A DNA stretch of 64,000 nucleotides from the human T2T-CHM13v2.0 reference genome, Homo sapiens, in the NCBI RefSeq assembly GCF_009914755.1, contig NC_060927.1, one strand, 5' to 3'. Position numbers and translations under genes: made by a program. Positions 50,851 through 64,000 of the stretch are shown here, piece by piece. A model generated the notes under the pieces. That model was not told the DNA's origin and ran no database searches. It saw only the letters and a program-made list of their open reading frames with translations. Numbering within the stretch: the first letter of the stretch is position 1; every line of letters begins with the position of its first letter.

Positions 50851-51250
50851 CAAGCAGGGCGGGACTACCGTGACGTTGTCCCTGGGCCCCACTCGCTCAC
50901 TGGGATGGCATTCCTTCCTGCTGGTGCTATCAGCCCCAGGCCTTCCTGTCTGACTTGACTCTTCCCTACAACACTGCGGAGGGGCAGGTGGGGCAGCTAC
51001 ATGCCTGGCCCTGCCTCAGGGCCACAGCCATGCCTTCAGACTCCAGGAGACAGTGAAATGGGGGCCGCTGTGCCACCCTTGGCTGTACCAAGCTCTGGGA
51101 AGGAAGGAGGGGACGTGTCCCAGGTACCCCCTCCACCCACATTGGTGAGGCTGACTCAGGCCCCAGCCACGTGTCCCAACCTGCCCTGCGCGTCCCAGAG
51201 GGGAAGGAAGATATTCCAATGCTCCCAGGAGGCTGAGGTTGGGCAGGGAG
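50850..51250 (-). promoter_or_regulatory. Probable TMEM40 proximal promoter
   Basis: GC box GGGCGG 50857-50862, CRE-like TGACGT 50871-50876, AP-1 TGACTCA 51152-51158; repeat-free. Confidence 0.55.
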
Positions 51251-51639
51251 CAGGAGAGAGGGCCTGGGGGCTCAGGAGACTGGCAGTGCCCACTCCTAGG
51301 GAGGAAACTGGGTTACAGCTAGAAGTACTTTTGGAGAGCACCCACTCGCCTTGTGCAAGTGGGAAAACACAGGTCCCTAGAGAGGTGAGAGGAGCAGTGT
51401 CAGACCTCACACAGCCGAGGGCAGGGCCCCAGCTCAGCTTGCCTCCACCTCTCACCTCTCACTTATCCAGCACTGTGGCAGCAGGACAGGAAACAAGTCC
51501 TACCACGGGAGCCCCCAGCCTTGGAGGGAAACAGGCAAGGCCCAGGGAGCTGTGGGCTCCCCAGGAGGACTTCCTGAAGAGGGGTCTTCCATACCCTAAG
51601 CTCAGCCCCCAAATCTTGACACTTTGCTTTCTCACACTC

Positions 51640-52290
51640 TGTATCTGACCCATCTGGAAAATCCTGTTGGTCCTGCCTTCAGTATAGCCTGAATTCAGCC
51701 CCTTCTCTCCACTCCTCAACTGTCACCTTGATCCAGCCAGTGTCAACACTGGGCTCCCTGCTCCCCGCCTCGCCCCTGGCTATTCTCATCAGCCAGGCAG
51801 CCAGGGGGTCCTGTTCAAACCCAAAGCAGCTCATGTCCCTCCCCGCTCAGCAGCTGCCACACTCCCACTGCACTCAGGGTAAAACCCAAGGTCTTACAAG
51901 CTCCTGCGAGATCTTCCCCACACCTCTGGCCCTCTCTGACCTTGGTTCCCATGACTTCCTCCCTCACTCTGCTCCAGTAACACTGGAACATGTTCCAGTT
52001 CCCCTGGGTGGGCTCCCTCCTCAGGGCCTTTGCCCTGGCTGTTCCCTCTGCCTGGAGTGCTCTCCCCCTAGAAAGCCACCTGGCCCCCCGCTCACTTCAG
52101 CTCTCTCCTCACAAGTCACCTACTCCATGAAGCCTTATCTGACCATCCTGCTTAAAGTAGTAACCCCGCACCAGCTTTCCCTCTGCCTGCTTCACTGCTC
52201 ACCATCTGCTGTGCTGCATATTTTCTTGTTATGTCTATTTTCTCATTACGTATTGCTTTGCTACAGGACCTAGGATCATGTCTGACAGTA
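51640..52290. mobile_element. L2 fragment
   Basis: cctcagggcctttgccctggctgttccctctgcctggagtgctctcccc L2 signature. Confidence 0.65.
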
Positions 52291-52291
52291 G

Positions 52292-52504
<213 letters not shown>

Positions 52505-53309
52505 TAGGCTGGTCTTGAACTCCTAGCCTCAAGCGATCCTCCGGCCTTGGCCCCCTAAAGCTCTGGATTATAGGCGTAAGCCACTGCATCTGGCCCTCAA
52601 TACATTTGTTGAATGAATGAGTGACCTGAAAGGTTAGCCCAAGAAGTGTTCCAAGGATATTCCATGCAGAGGGAGCCATGTGTGAGGGCTTAGAGGTGAG
52701 GAGCACTATTGTGTGGAGGATCTGCAAATAATCCTGAACAGCCAGAGAGTGGGGGCCTTGGGGATGGAGAGGGGAGAGGAGGAAGCAAGAGAGGCAGGGC
52801 CTCAGCAGCCAGGCATCCTGAGAGGGATGGGGAGCCACCTGAGACATGACCAAACCTGTGTTTAAGATAAGAATTTTGCCTGGGAGCCGTGGCTCACGCC
52901 TATAATCCCAGCACTTTGGGAGGCTGAGGCAGGTGAATCACTTGAGTCCAGGAGTTCAAGACCGGCCTGGCCAACATGGTGAAACTCCATCTCTACTGAA
53001 AATACAAAAAATTAGCTGGGTGTGGTGGTGCATGCCAGTGGTCCCAGCTACTCGGGAGGCTGAGGTGGGAGGATCACTTGAGCCTGGGAGGTGGAGGTTT
53101 CAGTGAGCAGAGATGACACCACTGCACTCCAACCATGGCAACAGAGTGAGATCTCATCTCAAAAAAAAAAAGAAAAAGAAAAGAAAAAAGATAAGGATTT
53201 GGCTGCTGCATTGTGGACTGGTGGAGAAGCTGTGAGGATCCAGCATCTGGGTGAGCATGAGCCATGCAGGGGAGATGGGGACTAGGGACAGGGTCGTGGG
53301 AAGTTTACA

Positions 53310-53950
53310 GCTCTGCTGTCCGAACAGTAGCCACCAGCCACATGCGGTTATGGAGCCCTTGACACATGGCTGGTCAGGATTGAAATGTGCTGTGAGTGTA
53401 AAATAACACTAGATTTAAAGACTTGGTATGAAAAATGTATGTATATATATACAACATATATATGTATAATAGATCATTAATAATTTTTGTATTGATTATC
53501 TATTAAAATGATATTTGGATATATTATTATTATTTTGTAGAGACAGGATCTTGTTCTCTTGCCCAGGCTGGAGTACAGTGGTACAATCATAGCTCATGGT
53601 AACCTTGAAATGGGCTCGAGTGATCCTCCTACCTCAGCCTCCCCAGTAGCTGGGACTACAGGTGTGCACCACCATGCCCGGTTAACTTTTACTTTTTAAA
53701 ATTTTGTGTAGAGAAAGGGTCTGCTGTGTTGCCCAGGCTGGTCTTGAACTCCTGGGCTCAAGTGATTCTCCAGCCCTGGGTTCCCAAAGTGCTGGGATTT
53801 ATAGGCATGAGCCAAAGCACCTGGTCTGGATATATTATTAAAATTAGTGTCACCTGCTTCGTTTTACTATTTTTAACATAGTTACTGAAAATTTTTTTAA
53901 ATTTTAAGTTTTCAGGAGCTACAGAACTTCTATATTGGATGGTGCTGATT
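53310..53950. mobile_element. MER3/MER33-like hAT fossil interrupted by an Alu
   Basis: gtagccaccagccacatg...tgaaatgtgctgtgagtgtaaaata...tatattggatggtgctg. Confidence 0.6.
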
Positions 53951-54438
53951 TAGAGGTAGAACTGGCAGAGGCTGGAGTACTGTGAGGGTGAGGGGGACCC
54001 CGGGTCTAATTATAAGTCTGTCTTCTCCAATTGCTCCTTTCTAATGAGACCACTGTGGTCCAGAGGCCACAGGGGAGAGCCTACAGAGTGAGTGTTCAGT
54101 TCAGCATAAGCACACACGCTCATATCTTCAAAGTAAGATCTATCTAGACATGAAATAGGCTGACTGAATAGACAGTGAGTTCTCTGTCTCTGGAGGTATG
54201 TAAGAAGAAAATTAAGGACCACCACTAAGCAGAGGAAAGGAGGTGGAACTAGATATTTTCAAAATATAGTCCCCGGACCAGCTGCTACAGCATCCCCTGG
54301 AAACCTTTTAGAAATGCAAATTCTCAGACCCCATCCCGGGCCTGAATCAGAAACTCCAGGAGTGGGACCTAGAATCTGTATTTAAATAAGCCCCACTGGA
54401 CTGGGTGATGTTTCCTGCCACTTAAAGGTTTAAATGCA

Positions 54439-54781
<343 letters not shown>

Positions 54782-55153
54782 TCATTACCTTCTGTTTGCC
54801 TCCTACTCCCAAGTTCAGGTACTTCCCTCCCTGAGCCTTAGTTTCCCTCTTTGCACCTCCTACAGCATCTGGTTGTGTGTGTACCTGGTACAGGATGGAT
54901 GAACCTCAGGGCGTTTCCTACCTCTTTGCTGTGGGCAGATCTCAGGGGACATGATAGAGCTGCCAGAAGTGTAAGGCAGGCCCCAGCTCAACTCCATCCT
55001 GAGGTGACCTCATTGCCCTGTGTGTAGGGGGTGATTCATAGGACAACCTCCTACTGTCCTGTGAGCACAGCTGACAGCCCGGGGGAGCCAGCTCAGCAGC
55101 TGAGCATGGCATCCAGCTTCCCTGAATTCCAGAACTGCAAGCGGGGGCCTGCC

Positions 55154-55163
55154 TGACTCAGCA
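55154..55163 (+). promoter_or_regulatory. AP-1/ARE site TGACTCAGCA upstream of TMEM40
   Basis: Core ARE match in a unique island at 54.9-55.4 kb. Confidence 0.45.
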
Positions 55164-55388
55164 GGCATGGGTGTTCTGGAGACAAGTTAGACAGCTCAGC
55201 CTCAGTCTCCCCATCCATAAAAATGGCGGGACACAGCCCCTATCCATGGTGAGAATATTTATATAAAGTGGTCAAGGCAGCGCCTGGCACACGTCAGCCC
55301 CTGCTATACCTTGGTGTTCTTGTGATGAGGCTGTGGGATCCTTCAGGCTGATTGGAACTCCCCAGTGACTTCCTAGGTCTGAGAATGA

Positions 55389-55688
<300 letters not shown>

Positions 55689-56388
55689 TGAACTCCTGAC
55701 CTCAGATAATCCACCCGCCTCAGCCTCCCAAAGTGTTGGTATTACAGGTGTGAGCTGCCGTGCCCGGCTACATGAATTTTTAGTCACCAGAAAGATGTCT
55801 GTGAGGGCAGCACCTGTCTTAGTCATCTTAAAGCATCTATTAAATTAACTCTAAATTGGAGAGTATTGTGTCCATTTCATGGATGAGAAAAATGAGGTTC
55901 AGAAAGGTTAAATGATGTGCTCAAGGTCACGTGGCTGGGAAGTGGCTGCGTCAGGATCTTCACTCAAGTCTCCCTGACTGGAAACCTGGGACTCTTTCTA
56001 TGCCTTCATGGAGAAACTCCAAGTTAACTCACAGATTTGGAAGCTCCTGCACGTGCCACTTAAATCCATGTTTGAAGTGTTAGCTTCTGGTCCACGTTGG
56101 AATCCTTGCAATCTATGGTCTTAGAGAAACAGTGGCTGTAGCTGATGCCATTTGAGATGGAGCTTAAAAGATTCCTAAAATAGATTAAGCCTTACTCACC
56201 CTGGGCCTCCAGGCTTCAGTTGTTTCACCTGTAAAATGGGCATAATGAAAGCTTGCCTTGGCTGAAGGCAGAAAGTTGGATCTCGTTACCTGAGGGCTCT
56301 CCTAACCCTCAGATGCCTGTGTCCCTGCACCTACTTTAAAAGGCAAGGACTAAAGTTAAATTTAAAGTTAAAATTAACTTAAAGTTAA

Positions 56389-56671
<283 letters not shown>

Positions 56672-57537
56672 TAAAGTGCTGGGATTACAGGCATGAGCCA
56701 CCGCGCCTGGCCTGAAGTTAAATTTTTTTAAAAAATAAAGAGGGAGTAGAGGAAAAGTCAATCCTAGCTCATTCTGATTTGTGCAAAACTAGTGATTTGT
56801 ACTCAACAATCTTATTGTTTTAAGCAGAAAAATCCTTTTGACAAATAAAATTTAAGAAATCTTATCTGATCAAAGTGGATTTTTTTTTTTCTGGTTGAAG
56901 TAGGAGCCATGGGCTGTCGATGGGAACACCAACATCACCTTGGCCTTGCAGGCAGCCCTTGGGGTGCCAACGAAGAGCCCAGGGGTGCCAGAGAACCCAG
57001 TTTGACAATCACTGGAGGGCAGCAATACAAACAAACCATCGCTGGAGATCCGTTTGAAGAGAGACAAGAAGGTCCACTAAATGGTTGCTTTGGGTTCTAA
57101 AGAAAAATGGCTGTTTGATTACTTTTTTTTTTTTTTTTTGAGACGGAGTCTCGCTCTGTTGCCCAGGCTGGAGTGCAGTGGCGTGATCTCGGCTCACTCC
57201 AAGCTCCCCACATCCTGGGTTCACGCCATTCTCCTGCCTCAGCCTCCTGAGTAGCTGGGACTACAGGCGCCTGCCACCACGCCCAGCTAATTTTTTGTGT
57301 TTTTAGTAGAGACTGGGTTTCACCGTGTTAATCAGAATGGTCTCGATCTCCTGACCTCGTCATCTGCCCGCCTCCCAAAGTGCTGGGATTATAGGCGTGA
57401 ACCACTGCGCCCAGCCTCTTTCTTTTTGAGACATGGTCTTGCACTGTTGCCCAGGCTGAAGTGCAGTGGGCACCATCTCTGCTCACTGCAACCTCCACCT
57501 CCCGCGTTCAAGCGATTCTCCCACCTTAGACTACTGA

Positions 57538-57768
<231 letters not shown>

Positions 57769-57961
57769 TAGGCAACTGTTTGTTGGCCATTTACCCAGTG
57801 AGGGGCATCTGATTGTTTCCAGTTTGGGTCTATTATGAATAAAACTGCTATAAATATTCATATACAGGGCCGGGCACGGTGGCTCACACCTGTAATCCCA
57901 GCACTTTGGGAGGCCGAGGAGGGCGGATCACGAGGTCAGGAGATCGAGACCATCCTGGCTA

Positions 57962-58201
<240 letters not shown>

Positions 58202-59543
58202 CTATGTGGTTTGCAAATATTTTCTCCAGTCCATCGGCCACCCTCTGACACTGCTGAACAGTCATTCCCTTGTCTAGTTCACAGGACTCTGAGAGGCCAG
58301 CTGGACAGGCATTCTTGAGGACAGTTCACAGATGCAGAAACACAGGTCTAGAGGGTAAAAGGACTTTCCCACAAATGCACAAGGAGTTTAGGGGCAGAGG
58401 GGGGACCAGGACCCAGATCTCCTCCTGACCCTCGGCCTAGTGATCAGGCCACCTTGTGGAACGAGAGATCTTCCCTTTCCCTACCCTCTCATCCTGGATG
58501 GATGCTCACCACACAGCCACAGCTCTAGTTGAGCTTGCTGAAGCCAGACAAGGGAGAGAGATGTCTGCGCCTGGGGAAGGGCCAGTCTCCAAAAAGGACC
58601 CTATGTCCAGAAAATATGCACTTTCCTCCAGGTGAGGGAAGATCTGACCCTGGAGCAGCTACTAGAGAATGAATTTTGTGGGACACCTTGAAGCTGGGGA
58701 GGTTAAGTAACTTGCTTGAGGTCACAATGATTTAGTGGTAAAAGTTGGGGGGTCAGTTGCCAAATTTTTTCAGTGCCTTCCTGTCAGCCCTGATACTGGC
58801 TTTTATAGGGGAAGGACTATAGAGTCATCAGATGTATTCAATGGGTCAGAGGAATAAAAATTTGGCCTCCAGGACAGCAGGGGGGAAAAGGCTCTCCTTG
58901 GAGAAGAGCAAGTGGGGACAACCATGGTGAGGGCGGGAGATGTCCTCTTTCCCAGGTGACTGTGGCATCGATAGAAGAGATGAGAGGAAGTAGCAGGTCA
59001 GGAGCTTCGGTTCACCTTCTCTACGGTCAAGTATGAGCTCTGAGGTCCTTAGGGTCTGTTTTACCCACAGATTAGAGAATTGGGGTGAAGAGAGAAATGA
59101 AGTAACGTACCCATCAGATGAGAGTTTATCTGAGCCCTGGGTCCCTACAGGCCTGGCTAGATAGAAATGCTCTCCATTCGCAGGGCAAAAGCAGCATGGG
59201 CAAGACTCCTCTGAACTCCACTGCTCTGAGCAGGGGCCCCAGAAGGTGGTCTCCAAGGGGACGGGAAAACAGGATGACTAGGGCTGATTCACCACCCAGC
59301 ACTACTGGACTTAACAAAGAGGCAAGGAGGGTCAAAGGCCTGGTCTCACCTTGAGGACCTACTGGGGCTAGTTTGTGTCCAGCATACAGCTGGAGCTTTT
59401 AGGGAGGAATATGGTGCAGCTCCTGTCTCCACACCCCTTATAGCTTGTCCAGGAAGCAAAACTTGTGGAAGTGTCATAGTTACGGACTCAAGAGCAGAAT
59501 GGAACACTAAGGACCATCACTGCCCCTCAGCCAGAGACCACAG

Positions 59544-60960
59544 TGTGTCTGGAATTGGTGGGTTCTTGGTCTCACTGACTTCAAGAATGAAGCCACAGAC
59601 CCTCGCAGTGTTACAGTTCTTAAAGGCGGCGTGTTCGGAGTTTCTTCCTTCTGGTGGGTTCACGGTCTCGCTGGCTCAGGAATGAAGCTGCAGACCTTCG
59701 CGGTGAGTGTTATAGCTCTTAAGGCGACGCGTCTGGAGTTGTTCGTTCCTCCCAGTGGGTTCATGGTCTATGCTGGCCTCAGAAGTGAGCCTGCAGACCT
59801 TCGTGGTGAGTGTTACAACTACATAAAGCCAGCGTGGACCCAAAGAGCAAAACAACAAAGCTTCCACAGTGTGAAAGGTGACCCCAGCGGGTTACCACTG
59901 CTGGCTGGGGCAGCCTGCTTTTATTCTCTTATGTGGCCCCACTCACATCCTGCTGATTGGTCATTTTACAGAGAGCCGATTGGTCCGTTTTGACAGGGTG
60001 CTGATTGGTGCATTTACAATCCCTGAGCTAGACACAGAGTGCCGATTGGTGTATTCACAATCCCTTAGCTAGACATAAAGATTCTCCAAGTCCCCACCAG
60101 ATTAGCTAGATACAGAGTGCCGACTGGTGCATCCACAAACCCTGAGCTAGACACAGGGTGCTGATTGGTGTGTTTACAAACCTTGAGCTAGATACAGAGT
60201 GCTGATTGGTGTTATTTACAATCCCTTAGCTAGACATAAAGGTTCTCCAAGTCCACACTAGACTCACGAGCCCAGCTGGCTTCACCCAGTGGATCCCGCA
60301 CCGGGGGCCGCAGGTGGAGCTGCCTGCCAGTCCCGCGCAGTGCTCCCACAGTCCTCAGCCCTTGGGCGGTCAATGGGACCGGGCGCCGTGGAGCAGGGGG
60401 CAGCGCTCATTGGGGAGGCTCGGCCCTGCAGGAGCCCATGGCGGGGCGGGGCGGGGCAGGGCGGGCCGGGGCCGGGGTGGGGCGGGGCGGGGGGGGCGGG
60501 GGGGCGCGGCCTGGCGAGGCACAGGCAAGGCGCACTGCAGGTCCTGATCCCTGCCTCTCAGGGAGGCAGCTAAGGCCCTGCGAGAAATCGAGTGCAGTGC
60601 CAGTAGGCTGGCATTGCTGGGGTACCCGGCGCACCCTCCACAGCTGCTGTCCCGGGTGCTAAGCCCCTCACTGCCCGGGGCCTCTCCAAGTGCGGGGCCT
60701 ACCAAGCCCAAGCCCACCCGGAACTGTAGCCGGCCCTCAAGTGCTGCGTGCAGCCCCGGTTCCCGCCCGTGCCTTTCTCTCCATACCTCCCCGAAGGCTG
60801 AGGGAGCCGGCTCCGGCCTCGGCCATCCCAGGAAGGGACTCCCACAGTGCAGCAGCGGGCTGAAGGGCTCCTCGAGTGCGGCCAGAGTGGGCGCCGAGGC
60901 TGAGGAGGCACCAAGAGCAAGCGAGGGCTGCGAGGGCTGCCAACACGCTGTCACCTCTCA
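59544..60960 (-). mobile_element. LTR12 (ERV9) solo LTR, LTR12C/D/E-like, sense to TMEM40
   Basis: Minus strand begins tgagaggtgacagcgtg and ends ccaattccagacaca; 4-bp TSD ACAG (59540-43, 60961-64); six CCAAT boxes in tandem subrepeats 59956-60209; promoter AATAAA box 59920-59925. Confidence 0.95.
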
Positions 60961-61904
60961 ACAGGAGCCACCCTTAGTTAAACAAGTTAAAAAGGCTCCA
61001 CCTTCTGGAGCAGGAGGTGAGTGGAGGGGTAATAAAATGAGGCTGGGACAGGGTGCAGGGGCTCACACCTGTAATCCCAACACTTTGGGAGGCCAAGGCA
61101 AAAGGATTGATTCTGGCCAAGAGTTCAAGACCATCCTGGGCAACATAGCAAGACCCTGCCTCTACAAAAAATTCAAAAAACATTAGCCTGGAGTGGTGGT
61201 GTGTACCTGCAGTCCCAGCTGAGATGGGAAGCTGAGGCGAGAGGAGTTGGTTATGAAAGGGACTTAGAGGTTACTCCATAGGAGTGGGTGTCCCCAAGTC
61301 AGCCCCTCTAATTCCTGGTGGTTCAGGAGATAATCATAGCTAGCACCAATAATACTGAATCACATAATCAGAAACAAGTTCCATTTTCAACGTGTCTGGG
61401 CCCTTCTGATTAAGAATAACATGGTGTTTATGACTCTGGAACCAGACAGCATGGATTTGGATCCTGACTGTGACTTACCAGCTGTTTGACCTCAAGAAAG
61501 TTACTTAACCTCTCTGAGCTCTGGTTTCCTCATCCATAAAATGGGGATAGCAATCGTACCTACCTTATTGGGTTGTTACATTAACTTAGCTCACTTAAAC
61601 TGCATATTGGTGACTTATTACATCTAGGAGAAAGTCTCTGTGTACTGTTAATGTGTTTTTAACACGCCTTGCCCATTTTGAGCCCATGCTCACTTTTAAT
61701 AAAGTATTAGAATGTATCTCTGTGGAGACACACTCTAATTTTCAGCAGACAATGCTATCTAATTAGAATGTAATAATAACCTTGTTCCACTTTCCTGGTA
61801 TTTTGTCTTTTTTAATAGTTATTTTCAATTTACGGCAGATAATACTGGGTTTCTGTCTTGGGTAGTAACATAAAGTTTCCTTTAAAAATAAATTATTTCG
61901 CTTG

Positions 61905-62070
61905 TTGGCAGGGAGAGGGAGAACATCAGGAAGAATAGCTAATGGATGCTGGGCTTAATACCTGGGTGATGGGATGATCTGCGCAGCAAACCACCATGGC
62001 ACACGTTTACCTATGTAACAAACCTGCACATCCTGCACATGTACCCCTGAACTTAAAATAAAAGTTGAAG
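61905..62070 (+). mobile_element. L1PA 3' end fragment
   Basis: gggcttaatacctgggtgatggg...aacctgcacatcctgcacatgtacccctgaacttaaaataaaag. Confidence 0.85.
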
Positions 62071-62135
62071 ATGAAATAGTAATTATTATTAAAAAAGAAA
62101 AATTTTTTTAAGATGTGAGTTAAAAAGTTATAATG

Positions 62136-63146
62136 TGTGGGCGGCAAGCCACCCAGGTGCCGAGGCAAGAGACCAAGGACATGAGCTGTTCCAGTATAAT
62201 AAAATATAAAACAAGAATAGTTATACTAGATATAGATCTTAGATATGATTATATATGAATATCATTAATCATTAGTTTGTAGCAATTACTCTTTATTCCA
62301 ATATTATAATAATCCTCGCTCTATAATCATAACCTAGGAAAAACCAGGCCATACAGAGATAGGAGCTGAGGGGACACAGTGAGGAGTGACCAGAAGACAA
62401 GAGTGCGAGCCTTCTGTTATGCCCAGACAGGACCACCAGAAGGGCTCCTTGGTCTAGCGGTAATACCAGCATCTGGGAAAACGCCCGTTGCCAGGCGGAC
62501 CATGGTCTAGCGGTAGCGTAAGTGTCAAGGAAGAACACATGATGCTTAGCAGACCGGGAAAGGGAGTCTCCCTTTCCCTGGGGTAGTTTAGAGAAGCCTC
62601 TACTCCTCCACTTCTTGTGGAGGGCCTGACATTAGTCAGGCTCGCCCGCAGTTATCCGGAGGCCTAACCATCTCTCTGTGATGCTGTGCTTCAGTGGTCA
62701 TGCTCCTAATCCGCCTTCATGTTCCATCCTGTACACCTGGCTCTGCCTTCTAGATAGCAGTAGCAAAATTAGTGAAAGTACTAAAAGTCTCTGATATGCA
62801 GAAATAATGGCGTAAGCTGTCTCTCTCTCTCCGTCTCTCTCTCTCTCTCTCTCTGCCTTGGCTGCCAGGCAGGGAAGGGCCCCCTGTCTGGTGGACACGT
62901 GACCCACGTGGCTTTACCTACCATTGGAGATGACTTACACTCTTTACCCCCTTTTGTCTTGTATCCAATAAATAACAGCGCAGCCCGGCATTTGGGGCCA
63001 CTACCAGTCTCCGCGACTTGGTGGTAGTGGTTCCCTGGGCCCAGCTGTCTTTTCTTTTGTCTCTTTGTCTTGTGTCTTTACTTCTACACTCTCTCGTCTC
63101 CACACACGGGGTGAAACCCACCAACCCTGTGGGGCTGGTCCCTACA
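62136..63146 (+). mobile_element. LTR13-like (ERVK) solo LTR
   Basis: tgtgggcggcaagccacccaggtgccgagg...ggctggtccctaca; about 1.01 kb; 6-bp TSD ataatg/ataaag. Confidence 0.85.
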
Positions 63147-63160
63147 ATAAAGTAATTTTA

Positions 63161-63337
<177 letters not shown>

Positions 63338-63344
63338 CTACTCA

Positions 63345-63620
<276 letters not shown>

Positions 63621-64000
63621 TCAGACAAGAGCTGCACTATAGGAGGCCTGACTCGAGTGGGGCCAAGGCTACTCTAAAACAGAGACAGGAGGCAGACAGT
63701 CCTCTGTCCTGCCTGGGGCTGAGATGGGCCAGGGACAGGAAGGAGGGGGAAATTCAGGAAATTTTGTGAATACTCATCTTACAAACAAATTGCAAATAGA
63801 CAGCTTTGACACAATCTGAACACTGAATATAGGGCATTGAGTTATTTAAGGAATTATTTTTATTTTTGTTACGTATGAAAATGGCATGGTGGTATGTAAA
63901 AAACAGGCTGGGCATGGTGGCTCATGCCTATAATCCCAGCACTTTGAGAGGCCAAGGTGGGCAGATCACCTTAGGTCAGGAGTTCAAGACCAGGCTGGCC

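Noticed and set aside
51001-52273. 215-aa and 181-aa plus-strand ORFs
   Set aside because: They overlap the promoter-proximal region and an L2 fossil, with no domain or family resemblance. Cannot be fully excluded without ribosome profiling.
59950-60240. Regularly spaced repeats resembling a CRISPR array
   Set aside because: These are the normal tandem CCAAT/GATA-type subrepeats of LTR12 in eukaryotic DNA; no unique spacers and no cas genes.
60289-61186. 190-194 aa GC-rich ORFs on both strands
   Set aside because: They lie in LTR12 U3, where high GC suppresses stops; no recognisable protein.

Overview
Primate genomic DNA, almost certainly human, and very Alu-dense. The only protein-coding gene is TMEM40 on the minus strand (3p25, which I recall lying between RAF1 and CAND2). 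I reconstructed it exon by exon: 11 coding exons (41350 to 26292, 702 nt, 233 aa plus stop), all with GT-AG boundaries, a probable non-coding exon 1 near 50.75-50.85 kb, and three AATAAA signals in the 3'UTR. The rest is repeat: roughly 90-100 Alu copies or fragments (rough eye count), a decayed ERVL pol at 0.8-4.7 kb, THE1 and MLT LTRs, L1/L2/MER fragments, microsatellites, and two solo LTRs upstream of the gene (LTR12 on the minus strand, LTR13 on the plus strand). I see no new gene or new system in the strict sense. The best leads are: (1) a remodelled LTR12 aimed at TMEM40 that appears to have lost its poly(A) signal and gained a GC-box array; (2) a TMEM40 CDS in which every intron is phase 1, including a stop-free 111-nt intron between the two TM helices; (3) NF-E2/NRF2 and CTCF/RFX/NF-Y motif clusters; (4) several templated-insertion or deletion scars. 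Repeat subfamily calls and comparisons with consensus or reference sequences are from memory and need RepeatMasker/Dfam confirmation.
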